From Candidatus Woesearchaeota archaeon (GTDB lineage: Archaea; Nanobdellota; Nanobdellia; Woesearchaeales; SKGA01): DNA of 64,000 nucleotides. The stretch is from assembly GCA_046546105.1 (NCBI GenBank), contig JBKGYN010000003.1, positions 2,178 to 66,177 on the forward strand. Reading direction: 5' to 3'. Both the position numbers and the translations under genes were made by a program. Under the pieces are notes generated by a model. The model was not told the DNA's origin. It saw nothing but the letters and a program-made list of their open reading frames with translations, and searched no databases. Shown here piece by piece: positions 1 through 8,756 of this stretch. Positions within the stretch are counted from its first letter, which is position 1, and each line of letters opens with the position of its first letter.

Positions 1-1
1 G

Positions 2-586
2 AACATTGCAGTTGACGTTGATGAAGTTATCGCCAGGTTTTTAGAGCAGTTCATGAATTTCCAGGAAGCGAGATATAACCGTAGGCTAGCCCCCGAGGAT
101 TGTCATTCGTATCTTTTCCGCGACCTCTTTGACATGACAGAGGAAGAAGAGATCAAGCAGATCATGGAGTTCTACGACAGCCCGTTTTTCAAGGATATCA
201 AGCCTATTCCGGAAGCGAGAGAAACGCTTGAGAGATTGAAACACCAAGGCCATTCCCTTTATGTCATCACTGCCCGACAGCACAGAATCGAGAAAGAGAC
301 CAAATCCTGGATTGACACTCACTTTCCAGGACTCTTCGAGGATGTTGTCATCACTAACGAAGCTTCTTTTGACGAGGATCACGTGAAAAAAGTTGACGTG
401 TGCAAAGAACTTGACGCTCAGGTTATCATCGAAGATTCCTTATCGAACGCTATTGACGCAGCGAATGCGAACATCCGCGCCGTTCTTATTGACAAGCCTT
501 GGAACCAGAATGAAGATGAGGATCCTCAAGGACTTTACAGAGTCAAATCATGGCAGGAAGCTTCAAGTATTCTTCTTGAGGATTAG
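2..586 (+). CDS. 5'(3')-deoxyribonucleotidase-like HAD hydrolase (NT5C family); 5' end truncated by window edge
   Basis: In-frame translation from nt 2 gives NIAVDVDEVIARF, matching the DxDxV HAD motif I of NT5C enzymes; further matches SPFFKDIKPIPEARETLERL, YVITAR and IIEDS to the 5'(3')-deoxyribonucleotidase family. Confidence 0.7.
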   Translation, partial: NIAVDVDEVIARFLEQFMNFQEARYNRRLAPEDCHSYLFRDLFDMTEEEEIKQIMEFYDSPFFKDIKPIPEARETLERLKHQGHSLYVITARQHRIEKETKSWIDTHFPGLFEDVVITNEASFDEDHVKKVDVCKELDAQVIIEDSLSNAIDAANANIRAVLIDKPWNQNEDEDPQGLYRVKSWQEASSILLED

Positions 587-1812
587 GCAGGCGCTCCCAG
601 GAAAATATTGTGTTTGTCGCGTATGATTTTCACTCGCACCGATCCTTTCTCCTTATCAAGTCCTTTGACCGTGATAATCCGCCCTTTCGCAACGCAGAGT
701 CGCTCGTTGGCATGGCGTCCGGGGCTTTTCACTTCTGCTGTGACGACCTGGTTCTTGTGCATCGGTTTCTCAAGCGTCTTATCCTCGTAAATGCCGAATG
801 GGTTGTAATCAGCTTTGGGAGTGAGCGTGATACCGTATTCTTTCTCGAAGGGCTTGAGAAGTGAGAAGAATTCTTCAAACTCCATCTGTGTTTTCACAGG
901 CTTTCGACCGTGCTTGTGCACAAGGTAATTCTGGAATCCGATTGTCGGATAGGGGCTTTTGATTGTCTTGGCGAGCTTGACAAGCGGTTCGATATCGCGT
1001 TTAGGATTGTCCGTGTAGGTTGGGATGACCAGGGGTGCAAGTAATACGGGAAACCCAATCTTCTTGCAATACTCGATCATATCGAGGACATGATCAAGTG
1101 GATACGTCTTGCCGGAGATCTTGCTTGAGACTTCCTTGTCGAGGCTATTGAGCGATAGGTTGATCCTGCCAAGTCCTGCTGCCTTGAGCCTGTCGATAAG
1201 CTCTCGTGTCAGCAGCGTGCCATTCGTGTTGACTGAGATGGTGTTTGTTTTCGGAGAGCGCCGGAGTTCTGTAACAAGCTCCTCGAGAAAAGGATAGAGT
1301 AGCGGTTCCCCGTGCGGACCGATGTTGAATTCTACTGCGTGCTCCTTGTACGAAGCGATCTCAAGTGCTGTCTGTGCGAGATAGTAGGGGTCGATGAGGA
1401 TGTCGTATTCTTTCTTGTTCTGCCCTTCATCAACGCTGCAGTAGATGCAGTTGAGGTTGCAGCCGGTCATGGGTTTGAGTTCAAGAACATTCGTGTTCCT
1501 GTCAACAACCCCGAACTCTCCAGAACCGAGAAGAGGAATCCCGCTGTACTCATCGATGAAGATGACATTCTTGCCGTTGATAACATGAGTGAGATTGTCA
1601 AGCCCTCTATCGATGATCCGATTGACTTTATTGCTTGCTTTTTTCTCACTGACCGAAGGGAATTCCAGAGCGTTGGTCATGATACTGACATCTTGGTCGA
1701 TCTCTTCAAGCTCGCTTCTATCGATGGTGAACTTGTACCTCTTTGCGTATAGCACCGAAACAACCCTCTCATGTTCGTGAAAGGAGAAGTTTTCAAACTC
1801 AAGCACAGTCAT
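583..1812 (-). CDS. Radical SAM protein with C-terminal TRAM-like domain (COG2100-like)
   Basis: CNLNCIYC is a CxxxCxxC radical-SAM cluster motif; the C-terminal ~60 aa (TAEVKSPGRHANERLCVAKGRIITVKGL...VRVKI) resemble a TRAM/OB fold. Confidence 0.65.
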   Translation of the reverse strand: MTVLEFENFSFHEHERVVSVLYAKRYKFTIDRSELEEIDQDVSIMTNALEFPSVSEKKASNKVNRIIDRGLDNLTHVINGKNVIFIDEYSGIPLLGSGEFGVVDRNTNVLELKPMTGCNLNCIYCSVDEGQNKKEYDILIDPYYLAQTALEIASYKEHAVEFNIGPHGEPLLYPFLEELVTELRRSPKTNTISVNTNGTLLTRELIDRLKAAGLGRINLSLNSLDKEVSSKISGKTYPLDHVLDMIEYCKKIGFPVLLAPLVIPTYTDNPKRDIEPLVKLAKTIKSPYPTIGFQNYLVHKHGRKPVKTQMEFEEFFSLLKPFEKEYGITLTPKADYNPFGIYEDKTLEKPMHKNQVVTAEVKSPGRHANERLCVAKGRIITVKGLDKEKGSVRVKIIRDKHNIFLGAPA

Positions 1813-3091
1813 GATTTTTGAAAACGAGAAGTTCTTTAAAAAACATATGGAAAAAAGAGGTTATTTCTGTATAATAACAATCTTTTTAAGTAGTCTTTTG
1901 ATGCGAAATGACAAGTTGGAACGGGCACTTAATTTTGTCGAAAGTCTGATGGTGAGACCGGGCGATAAACTTTATTATTTTGACCCGGAAGGTAAAACCG
2001 GTTCAAAAAGCATTTCTTCAGATGAGAACATACTCCTTTTCGAGCATGGCAGGGAGTTCATGGTCACGGACATGAAAATTCTTGATAGGGATAATAATGT
2101 CTTACGCTATATCGACTTCGGCCACGACCATTCGTTCAACAATCTCGATCTTGATAAGATCGCTAATATACAAGTGTATGTCGATGGCTTCCCGATCGCT
2201 CTTGATACTGATAATTTCAGTAAGAGTATCAAGGAGTCTCCCACATATTTCACCTCGCCTGAAGATCTTGAAGCCCTTGTGGATGATGGTCATGATTATG
2301 ACCTGTTCAAGACCCTTATACCGGATAGTGGCTTGTTCGATTTGACCATTGCAGAGTATATCAATTTCCACCAGTTTTTGATTGACACGATGAAACCTCC
2401 CACCTACGAGGATATCGCCGAATATATGGACGAGATGTATGACGATTCGGATTTGGATTCAGATGATGAAGACTTTGGACTTGAAGAGAACATGCAAAAT
2501 ACAGAATTATTCGCTCCAGGCTATGACACTCCTGAGTTGGTCCCTCCAGAAGATCATGATAGTGAACTCTATACGATAGGATTTCTCAATGAGGATGATC
2601 TCACCAATATCTACGAGAACACGATCATGGACAGCGTTGGTATTGAATTTCTTAATGATAAAGGGGAAATTGATATGTCAAAAGCACATCCTGAACGCCT
2701 CGGTCAGCGAGAGGATTTGGAAAAACCGATCGATGCTTACGAAGCAGAATTTCCCCAATATTATCAGGAAGAAGGGACTCACCTTGAAGACTTCCTTGAA
2801 GAGGAGGATGATTCTGAAACCGCTGTGTTCTACAGTCTCAGAGACATCTATGAAAGCCTTCAAGACCAATACCAGAAAAAGATTGAGTTCGTCTCATATA
2901 TGAGTAGCATGTATTCGGTTGAGACGATAGGCGATATCAGGAATCTTCTTATGACCCGGAAAGTCCCTGAAGAGACAATCGTCCGCTTCACCCGTTCGGG
3001 ACATCTTACTGATACTGTGTTTGAAGAGCCTGTGTTTGAAAAGTACTCTGTCTTATTCGAACATGATAACAACACGATTTATGAGAAGTGA
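1811..3091 (+). CDS. Hypothetical highly acidic protein
   Basis: Long ORF with coding-like composition and extreme D/E content (e.g. DDSDLDSDDEDFGLEEN); no recognisable motif. Confidence 0.5.
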   Translation: MIFENEKFFKKHMEKRGYFCIITIFLSSLLMRNDKLERALNFVESLMVRPGDKLYYFDPEGKTGSKSISSDENILLFEHGREFMVTDMKILDRDNNVLRYIDFGHDHSFNNLDLDKIANIQVYVDGFPIALDTDNFSKSIKESPTYFTSPEDLEALVDDGHDYDLFKTLIPDSGLFDLTIAEYINFHQFLIDTMKPPTYEDIAEYMDEMYDDSDLDSDDEDFGLEENMQNTELFAPGYDTPELVPPEDHDSELYTIGFLNEDDLTNIYENTIMDSVGIEFLNDKGEIDMSKAHPERLGQREDLEKPIDAYEAEFPQYYQEEGTHLEDFLEEEDDSETAVFYSLRDIYESLQDQYQKKIEFVSYMSSMYSVETIGDIRNLLMTRKVPEETIVRFTRSGHLTDTVFEEPVFEKYSVLFEHDNNTIYEK

Positions 3092-3135
3092 CCGTGAGAA
3101 ATATTTAAAAAAGAGAATCTGTCCGTGAAAATCCG

Positions 3136-3945
3136 ATGAAAAAGCCATTGACCATTGAGCAAGCCGTGACAATAGAGCCTGGAGATAAAGTCTACTTTCG
3201 CGATGGTGAAGGAGGGTTTAATCCTCTTATCGTTTCAGCGGTAAGGGCAAAAGATTCTTTGAACGACACAGTGATTCACAAGCGCTTATTCACACCTCTT
3301 ATCGAATTTTCCTCATCAGCAGAGATCAATGATGTGATCATCACGCCTGTCAATAGCCAGATAAGCTATTCCCACTCACGAATTTACGCAGAAGCTGGCA
3401 AGGTGACTCCATATAGTGTCAGTGACATACTCAAGTCCCGTAGTGCTTCCCAGCTCCATAGTGAAATCCTTAACGAGATGGTTCCTGAAAACGGTCTTTT
3501 CAACCTGCCCATACGCGAGTTCAAGGATTGGCTCGTGCTCGGCGGCAATCTCTATAGTAACCTTGATATCGATCTTGTTGAGGAGATGTTCTACCGCGAG
3601 CTTGCCAGGGAGCAAAACAATATCGAAATGAGAGGATCTCCGATCGTTACGCTTGATGCGTATTATAACCATAAATTCCAGGAGTATCAGGATCGCTTTG
3701 AACAGCTGGAAAGCACATACCGCATGATTTCTTATGTCGAGAAGCATTATCCGAAAGAACACTTCGATAATGTTAACCACCCCATTCGGACTATTGGTGA
3801 TCTGACCAAGAAACTCTATAATAATGAGATTGATAAGCAGACCATGAACGTGCTCATCAACGAGGGCGGATTTTCGATGACGCCGTTCAAAGAAGCTGTC
3901 AAGATGAGTTATAATGATCTCTTGAGTCGCAGGAACCCCTCATGA
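3136..3945 (+). CDS. Hypothetical protein
   Basis: 269-aa ORF directly downstream of the previous gene; no recognisable motif. Confidence 0.45.
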   Translation: MKKPLTIEQAVTIEPGDKVYFRDGEGGFNPLIVSAVRAKDSLNDTVIHKRLFTPLIEFSSSAEINDVIITPVNSQISYSHSRIYAEAGKVTPYSVSDILKSRSASQLHSEILNEMVPENGLFNLPIREFKDWLVLGGNLYSNLDIDLVEEMFYRELAREQNNIEMRGSPIVTLDAYYNHKFQEYQDRFEQLESTYRMISYVEKHYPKEHFDNVNHPIRTIGDLTKKLYNNEIDKQTMNVLINEGGFSMTPFKEAVKMSYNDLLSRRNPS

Positions 3946-4686
3946 GTTCATGACTTTCTCTACCTTCCCTTTCTTGAGAAGGATTTGCGCTATGGAATCT
4001 GGTAGTGTCACGATCTGTTCTTTTTCATACGGTCCGAAAATCTCTTTGTTCTTCCCGTAGAATTTAGGTACTGATGTGGTGAATTTGACAATGACCCCAT
4101 CCTCTCCTGTTCCTTTGCTATGGTTCTTGACATTCTCATCTGAAGACTGTTTTGCTTCAGAGCGTTCATTGGTCGCAACACCTACCGTTTCAGCTTCAGA
4201 ATCCGCTTTGCTTTCAGAATCTCTTCGTTCTGATTCGTTACTTGCAGAGTTTTCCTCTTCTTGTTTTGCATAGTGGTCTTCAGAAACAATCGTGGGCAGC
4301 TGGTTCTCAAAGACGTTCTTGAGAACTCCTTCCTTATAGCGTCGCAGCAGAGATAGAGTCTCCTCAAAAAGAGCTTTCTCTTCAGCGAGCATATTATTCG
4401 TGTCCACATAGCCTGCAGCGTCCGTGCGGATGACATTCAATGCAAGATTGAGTATTTTTCGTTCTCTTCGCTCATATATTTCTTTCAGGATGCGTTTGAT
4501 GTTTTGGAGTTGTATTTTCGCTTTTTCCTGCTCCCCAGGGCGGGAGGTGTTCTGGACTTCTTCTCGTTCTTTCATATAATTGATGACATACTTCCAGAAC
4601 TGCTGGTCAAGTGTCTGGAGTTCTTCAAGACTCCTTTCTTTTCTCAGAAGGTCAAAGAGTGTTTCGTATGTGATGTGGACGTCCAT
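3940..4686 (-). CDS. GINS subunit, Gins51 (Gins15)-like, with acidic linker
   Basis: N-terminus ITYETLFDLLRKERSLEELQTLDQQFWKYVINYMKE fits the archaeal Gins51 A-domain pattern (e.y.aw..E..s.eLq.L...fy..v..y); C-terminal B-domain-like segment; divergent from Orc1/Cdc6. Confidence 0.5.
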   Translation of the reverse strand: MDVHITYETLFDLLRKERSLEELQTLDQQFWKYVINYMKEREEVQNTSRPGEQEKAKIQLQNIKRILKEIYERRERKILNLALNVIRTDAAGYVDTNNMLAEEKALFEETLSLLRRYKEGVLKNVFENQLPTIVSEDHYAKQEEENSASNESERRDSESKADSEAETVGVATNERSEAKQSSDENVKNHSKGTGEDGVIVKFTTSVPKFYGKNKEIFGPYEKEQIVTLPDSIAQILLKKGKVEKVMNS

Positions 4687-4823
4687 TTTACCCGACTATC
4701 ATTACCCTCACAAGAGGTGACTCAGTGTCGTATATAAATCTTGCCTGACTGTAGTGAATCTGTAAAGCTGAATATTTATAAAGTGAAAGTTCTTATGTGA
4801 TGAGTAGTATATAGAAAACTTTT

Positions 4824-5036
4824 ATGGAGGTAACGCAGATGACAAAAATGTTTTCCCGCGAGAAGCGGAAACTGTCCAAGACCGGTGGTCGCAATAGGGC
4901 TCCGCGCCCGAAGACCTTCGCTTCTGAAGAAGCGGCGAAGAAATGGGCTGAAGCCAAGGGATTGAAAAAGTACCAGCTTGAAGATCTTCGTCCAGAATCC
5001 CAGCGTAAGAAGATTCGCGTCGTTCCGGAGGAGTAA
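4824..5036 (+). CDS. Small basic hypothetical protein (70 aa)
   Basis: ORF with higher GC than flanking AT-rich intergenic DNA; lysine/arginine-rich; lies between the GINS and orc1/cdc6 genes. Confidence 0.4.
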   Translation: MEVTQMTKMFSREKRKLSKTGGRNRAPRPKTFASEEAAKKWAEAKGLKKYQLEDLRPESQRKKIRVVPEE

Positions 5037-5096
5037 TCAGATGTTTTTCACTTTCTTTTTTTAATGACTCGCATTTACGATGTATGAACCATAGCA

Positions 5097-5109
5097 TTTA
5101 AAAATAAGA
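5097..5109 (+). promoter_or_regulatory. TATA-like element upstream of orc1/cdc6
   Basis: atttaaaaataag lies ~26-38 nt upstream of the ATG at 5135, the spacing expected for an archaeal leaderless transcript. Confidence 0.3.
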
Positions 5110-5134
5110 ACATCCACCTAATTCTTTGATAATT

Positions 5135-6190
5135 ATGGGATTGTTTGATGATATGCTTGAAGGTGGCCAATCGCTTTTCAAGGATGAGGTCGCTCTCGAT
5201 TACGATTTTCTTCCTAAGACCATCCCTTACAGGGAGCAAGAACAACAGTATGTCGCAACCTGTATGAAACCGCTTTTTTCAGGTCGTAGTGGTCGTAACC
5301 TTTTCATTCACGGTCCTCCGGGTATCGGGAAGACTGCTGCTGTCAGACATGTGCTTCGTGAGCTTGAGGAAAAGACTGATGAGATCGCTCCTGTGTTTGT
5401 CAATTGCTGGCAGTATAACACCAGTTACAAGATCATGGTCGAGATCTGCGAGCAGCTCGGTTATCGTTTCACACAGAACAAGAAGACGACAGAATTGTTC
5501 AAGATCGCTACCCAGCTTCTTAACAAGCAGTCTGCAGTCCTTGTTTTTGATGAAATCGACAAGGCGGAGGATTTTGATTTTCTCTATGTACTCATTGAAG
5601 AGGTTTATAGGAAGTCCATCTTTCTCATCACGAATTTCCAGTCTTGGCTTCTTGAGCTTGATGATCGCATCCGAAGCCGTCTCATGGCTGAGCTTCTCGA
5701 GTTCAAGCAATATAACGCTACTGAGACAAGCGGCATCCTGAAAGAACGTATGGGTTATGCCTTCATTCCAGGCACATGGGATGATAAAGCCATGGAAATG
5801 GTCATTGATAAGACTGCTTCAATCAAGGATATCCGTAGCGGTCTGTTCTTGCTTCGCGAGAGTGCAACTCTGGCCGAGGATCAGTCCAGACGGAAAGTTA
5901 TGTCCGAACATGTCGAAAAAGCGATTGAGAAGCTCGATCAGTTCACCTCGAAAAAGACTGACGAGCTTGATGAAGAGACTAAATTCATCCTTTCTATCGT
6001 GCGCAAGTCAAGCGGTAATCGCATCGGCGAGCTCTTCAAGGAGTATGAGAAAGAGGGTGGTAAGAGTTCGTATAAGACCTTCCAGCGAAAGATAACGAAG
6101 CTTGAAGAAGGCAAATATATCAACCTGACCAAGAAATCTGGAGCTGGCGGGAATACGACGATTGTCGAGAAGCGCCTGACCGATTTCTGA
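5135..6190 (+). CDS. cdc6: Orc1/Cdc6 replication initiator (AAA+ plus winged helix)
   Basis: Walker A GPPGIGKT, Walker B LVFDEIDK and overall Orc1/Cdc6 layout; the ORF track starts at TTG 5126, the first ATG is at 5135. Confidence 0.85.
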   Translation: MGLFDDMLEGGQSLFKDEVALDYDFLPKTIPYREQEQQYVATCMKPLFSGRSGRNLFIHGPPGIGKTAAVRHVLRELEEKTDEIAPVFVNCWQYNTSYKIMVEICEQLGYRFTQNKKTTELFKIATQLLNKQSAVLVFDEIDKAEDFDFLYVLIEEVYRKSIFLITNFQSWLLELDDRIRSRLMAELLEFKQYNATETSGILKERMGYAFIPGTWDDKAMEMVIDKTASIKDIRSGLFLLRESATLAEDQSRRKVMSEHVEKAIEKLDQFTSKKTDELDEETKFILSIVRKSSGNRIGELFKEYEKEGGKSSYKTFQRKITKLEEGKYINLTKKSGAGGNTTIVEKRLTDF

Positions 6191-6276
6191 ATGCTTTGAC
6201 TACTATGAAGTAATTACAAAACCACAACTTTTATAAATAACAACATCTCTAGTAAAGAGTATACACACCCCTTTGC

Positions 6277-6978
6277 ATGGTGATTGTCATGGCAGAACCA
6301 CTAGACGGAACGAAAACGGCATTCGAATACATCAAGAACAACCTCTCCACTGATTACTCCATCCGATCTGAGGCGGAAGATAAACGACCGATGACTGTTG
6401 AAGATGTTAATGGAAACAGCATTGATATTTACGTATTGAAATCACCCACTAATCCGGCCTCAAAATCAGAAAAAAAGTATCAGTCAGAACTGAGAAACCA
6501 TCTTATTGACATCGACGCTGTAGATGAAGAGGTCATCCGGAATCAGGTTGAGGGTCGCTATACGGTTGTTGTTCCGATCAACCTTTCAGCAGGAGAAACG
6601 ACTATCGGGCAGGATCCGAACTATACCGGTGTGAACCACCACCGATTCTACGATGAATTCGACGGCGAAAAGAGATTCTACGATGCTGTTAACATATCAC
6701 CCCTGCGGGAGTTTACAGCGATTCCTATCGGTGAAGATATGGAGATTTCCCCAGAGTTCAACAATAACACCAGGAAAATGGATTACAGCCTGCTTGAAGC
6801 AGTTGTTAAAGACGACATCCGACATGATGATAAGCGGTTCATCAACCCGGTGAACCTTTATAACAACAAGAACAAGAAGGATAAGCTGGAAATCCACCTG
6901 CCTGAAAACGACCAGTACAACATGGGCGTTATCGTCCCTGAAGGCAGCAAGACTTTCAAGCAGTATATCAACGAATAA
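6277..6978 (+). CDS. Hypothetical protein
   Basis: 233-aa ORF with coding-like composition; no motif recognised. Confidence 0.45.
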   Translation: MVIVMAEPLDGTKTAFEYIKNNLSTDYSIRSEAEDKRPMTVEDVNGNSIDIYVLKSPTNPASKSEKKYQSELRNHLIDIDAVDEEVIRNQVEGRYTVVVPINLSAGETTIGQDPNYTGVNHHRFYDEFDGEKRFYDAVNISPLREFTAIPIGEDMEISPEFNNNTRKMDYSLLEAVVKDDIRHDDKRFINPVNLYNNKNKKDKLEIHLPENDQYNMGVIVPEGSKTFKQYINE

Positions 6979-6994
6979 GATTCGTTTTATTTCT

Positions 6995-8641
6995 TTAGTT
7001 TTCTTTTACATGCATACTGGTAATTCCATCACGCTCTCCAAAGACCGACCGTTTCACCGCAGCCACCAGTCCGTTGAATAGCGGTGCAGGTCGTTCCAGA
7101 GCGCTTTTGAGTTCTGGATGCGCTTGAGTCGCCACGAAATATGGGTGTTCCGATCGTTCGATGAATTCTGCAAGCTTGCCATCTGGACTCATGCCTGAGA
7201 GCCTCAATCCCCAGTCCTTGAGTTTCTCATGATAATCAGGATTCACTTCAAAGCGGTGCCTGTGCCGTTCAGAGACTTCGGTTCTTCCATAAAGCGAATG
7301 CACAAGCGACCCTTTCTCGACGAGTGCCGGATAGGCTCCTTTGCGCAGTGTTCCGCCTATGGCAGTGATATCTTTTTTCTCAGGTAGGATGTCGATGACA
7401 GGATCCGGCGTCTCTGGATTCGCTTCTGTCGTGTGCGCCTTTGACTTGCCTCCTAGTGAACGTGCGGTCTCGATGACTGCCAGTTGTAGGCCGTAGCATA
7501 GCCCCAAAAATGGGATGTTGTTCTCCCGTATGTATTTGATGACTGAGATCTTACCCTCGATTCCTCTCGTTCCGAAACCTCCGGGAACGATCACACCATG
7601 AACGTCTGTCAAGGATTCTTCAACACGCTGCTCTCCGTTCTCAATCGCTTCAGTGTCAACCCAGGTGACATCCACCTTGACCTTGTTATGAGCTCCTGCA
7701 TGCGAGAGCGCCTCGACCACCGATGCATAAGAGTCTTCAAGGGCTGTATACTTGCCACAGATTGCGATGCGGACTGTCTCTGTCGCGTCCTGTTGCTGAT
7801 GTACCAGCCGGTTCCAATTGGTCAGGTCGGGCTTAGCATCAAGTCCGAGTTGCTTGTTGATGACCTTGACGATTCCTTGCTCGTTGAAAATTTGCGGAAT
7901 CTTATAGACACTATCGACATCCATCGCGCTGAAGACCGCTTCAGGACTGATGTTCGAGAATTCTGAGATCTTTCTTTTGACATTATCAGAGACTGCTTCC
8001 TCACCCCGGCAAATGATCGCTCCCGGAAAGAGACCTCGCTCCATGAGGTTTGCAACGGATTGCTGTGTCGGTTTTGATTTCTGCTCGTTCACACCTGCTG
8101 GTATGGGAACGTAGGTGAGATGTGCGAAAAAGACCTTCTCAGGACCGTACTCCAGACGTAGTCGTCTTGCCGCTTCAAGGTAGAGCTCGTTTTCCATATC
8201 TCCGACCGTTCCTCCGATCTCGATGAGAACGACATCCGCCTCTTTTGACTCGGCGACTCCTTTCCACCAGTCGATGATATGATTTGCCGCATGTGGAACG
8301 AGCTGGACGGTCTTTCCTTTGAAATCACCGTTTCGCTCCTTTTCCCGCAGTTCTTCGAAAACGCGTCCCATGGTGAGATTCTGTGCCCCGCCACATATTG
8401 TTCGTAAGAATCGTTCGTAATGGCCGAAGTCCATATCCACTTCGGTACCGTCATCAAGCACGAAGACCTCGCCATGCTCTACCGGGTTCATCGTTCCCGG
8501 ATCGACGTTGAGATAGCCGTCGCATTTGATCGGGACGACCTTGTAATCGTAAGAAAGTAGTTGACCTATTGAGGCTGAAGAGATGCCCTTGCCCAAACCT
8601 GAAAGAACTCCGCCCGTCACGATGATGTATTTAGTATCCAT
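6995..8641 (-). CDS. pyrG: CTP synthase
   Basis: MDTKYIIVTGGVLSGLGKG N-terminus; glutamine amidotransferase GLCYGLQ motif with catalytic Cys; start moved to the internal ATG at 8641 (the ORF track extends 17 codons further upstream). Confidence 0.9.
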   Translation of the reverse strand: MDTKYIIVTGGVLSGLGKGISSASIGQLLSYDYKVVPIKCDGYLNVDPGTMNPVEHGEVFVLDDGTEVDMDFGHYERFLRTICGGAQNLTMGRVFEELREKERNGDFKGKTVQLVPHAANHIIDWWKGVAESKEADVVLIEIGGTVGDMENELYLEAARRLRLEYGPEKVFFAHLTYVPIPAGVNEQKSKPTQQSVANLMERGLFPGAIICRGEEAVSDNVKRKISEFSNISPEAVFSAMDVDSVYKIPQIFNEQGIVKVINKQLGLDAKPDLTNWNRLVHQQQDATETVRIAICGKYTALEDSYASVVEALSHAGAHNKVKVDVTWVDTEAIENGEQRVEESLTDVHGVIVPGGFGTRGIEGKISVIKYIRENNIPFLGLCYGLQLAVIETARSLGGKSKAHTTEANPETPDPVIDILPEKKDITAIGGTLRKGAYPALVEKGSLVHSLYGRTEVSERHRHRFEVNPDYHEKLKDWGLRLSGMSPDGKLAEFIERSEHPYFVATQAHPELKSALERPAPLFNGLVAAVKRSVFGERDGITSMHVKEN

Positions 8642-8756
8642 AACGGGATTATAATAATCTGGAAACATATTTTTAAGGTTTGTTATCATCAAACATAGGT
8701 GTTTGATCGAAGGGTTTTATAAGTGAAAAAAAGAAAAAAGAGATTGACCAGCATCC

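Noticed and set aside
4687-5134. Canonical ORB/mini-ORB origin repeats
   Set aside because: Only a short inverted octamer (aagtgaaa) was seen; it cannot be equated with ORB elements by eye, so the origin call is kept as a hypothesis only.
8642-8692. N-terminal 17-codon extension of pyrG (MMITNLKNMFPDYYNPV)
   Set aside because: CTP synthases start directly at M-(D/T)-KYIFVTGGV; the internal ATG at 8641 gives the canonical N-terminus.
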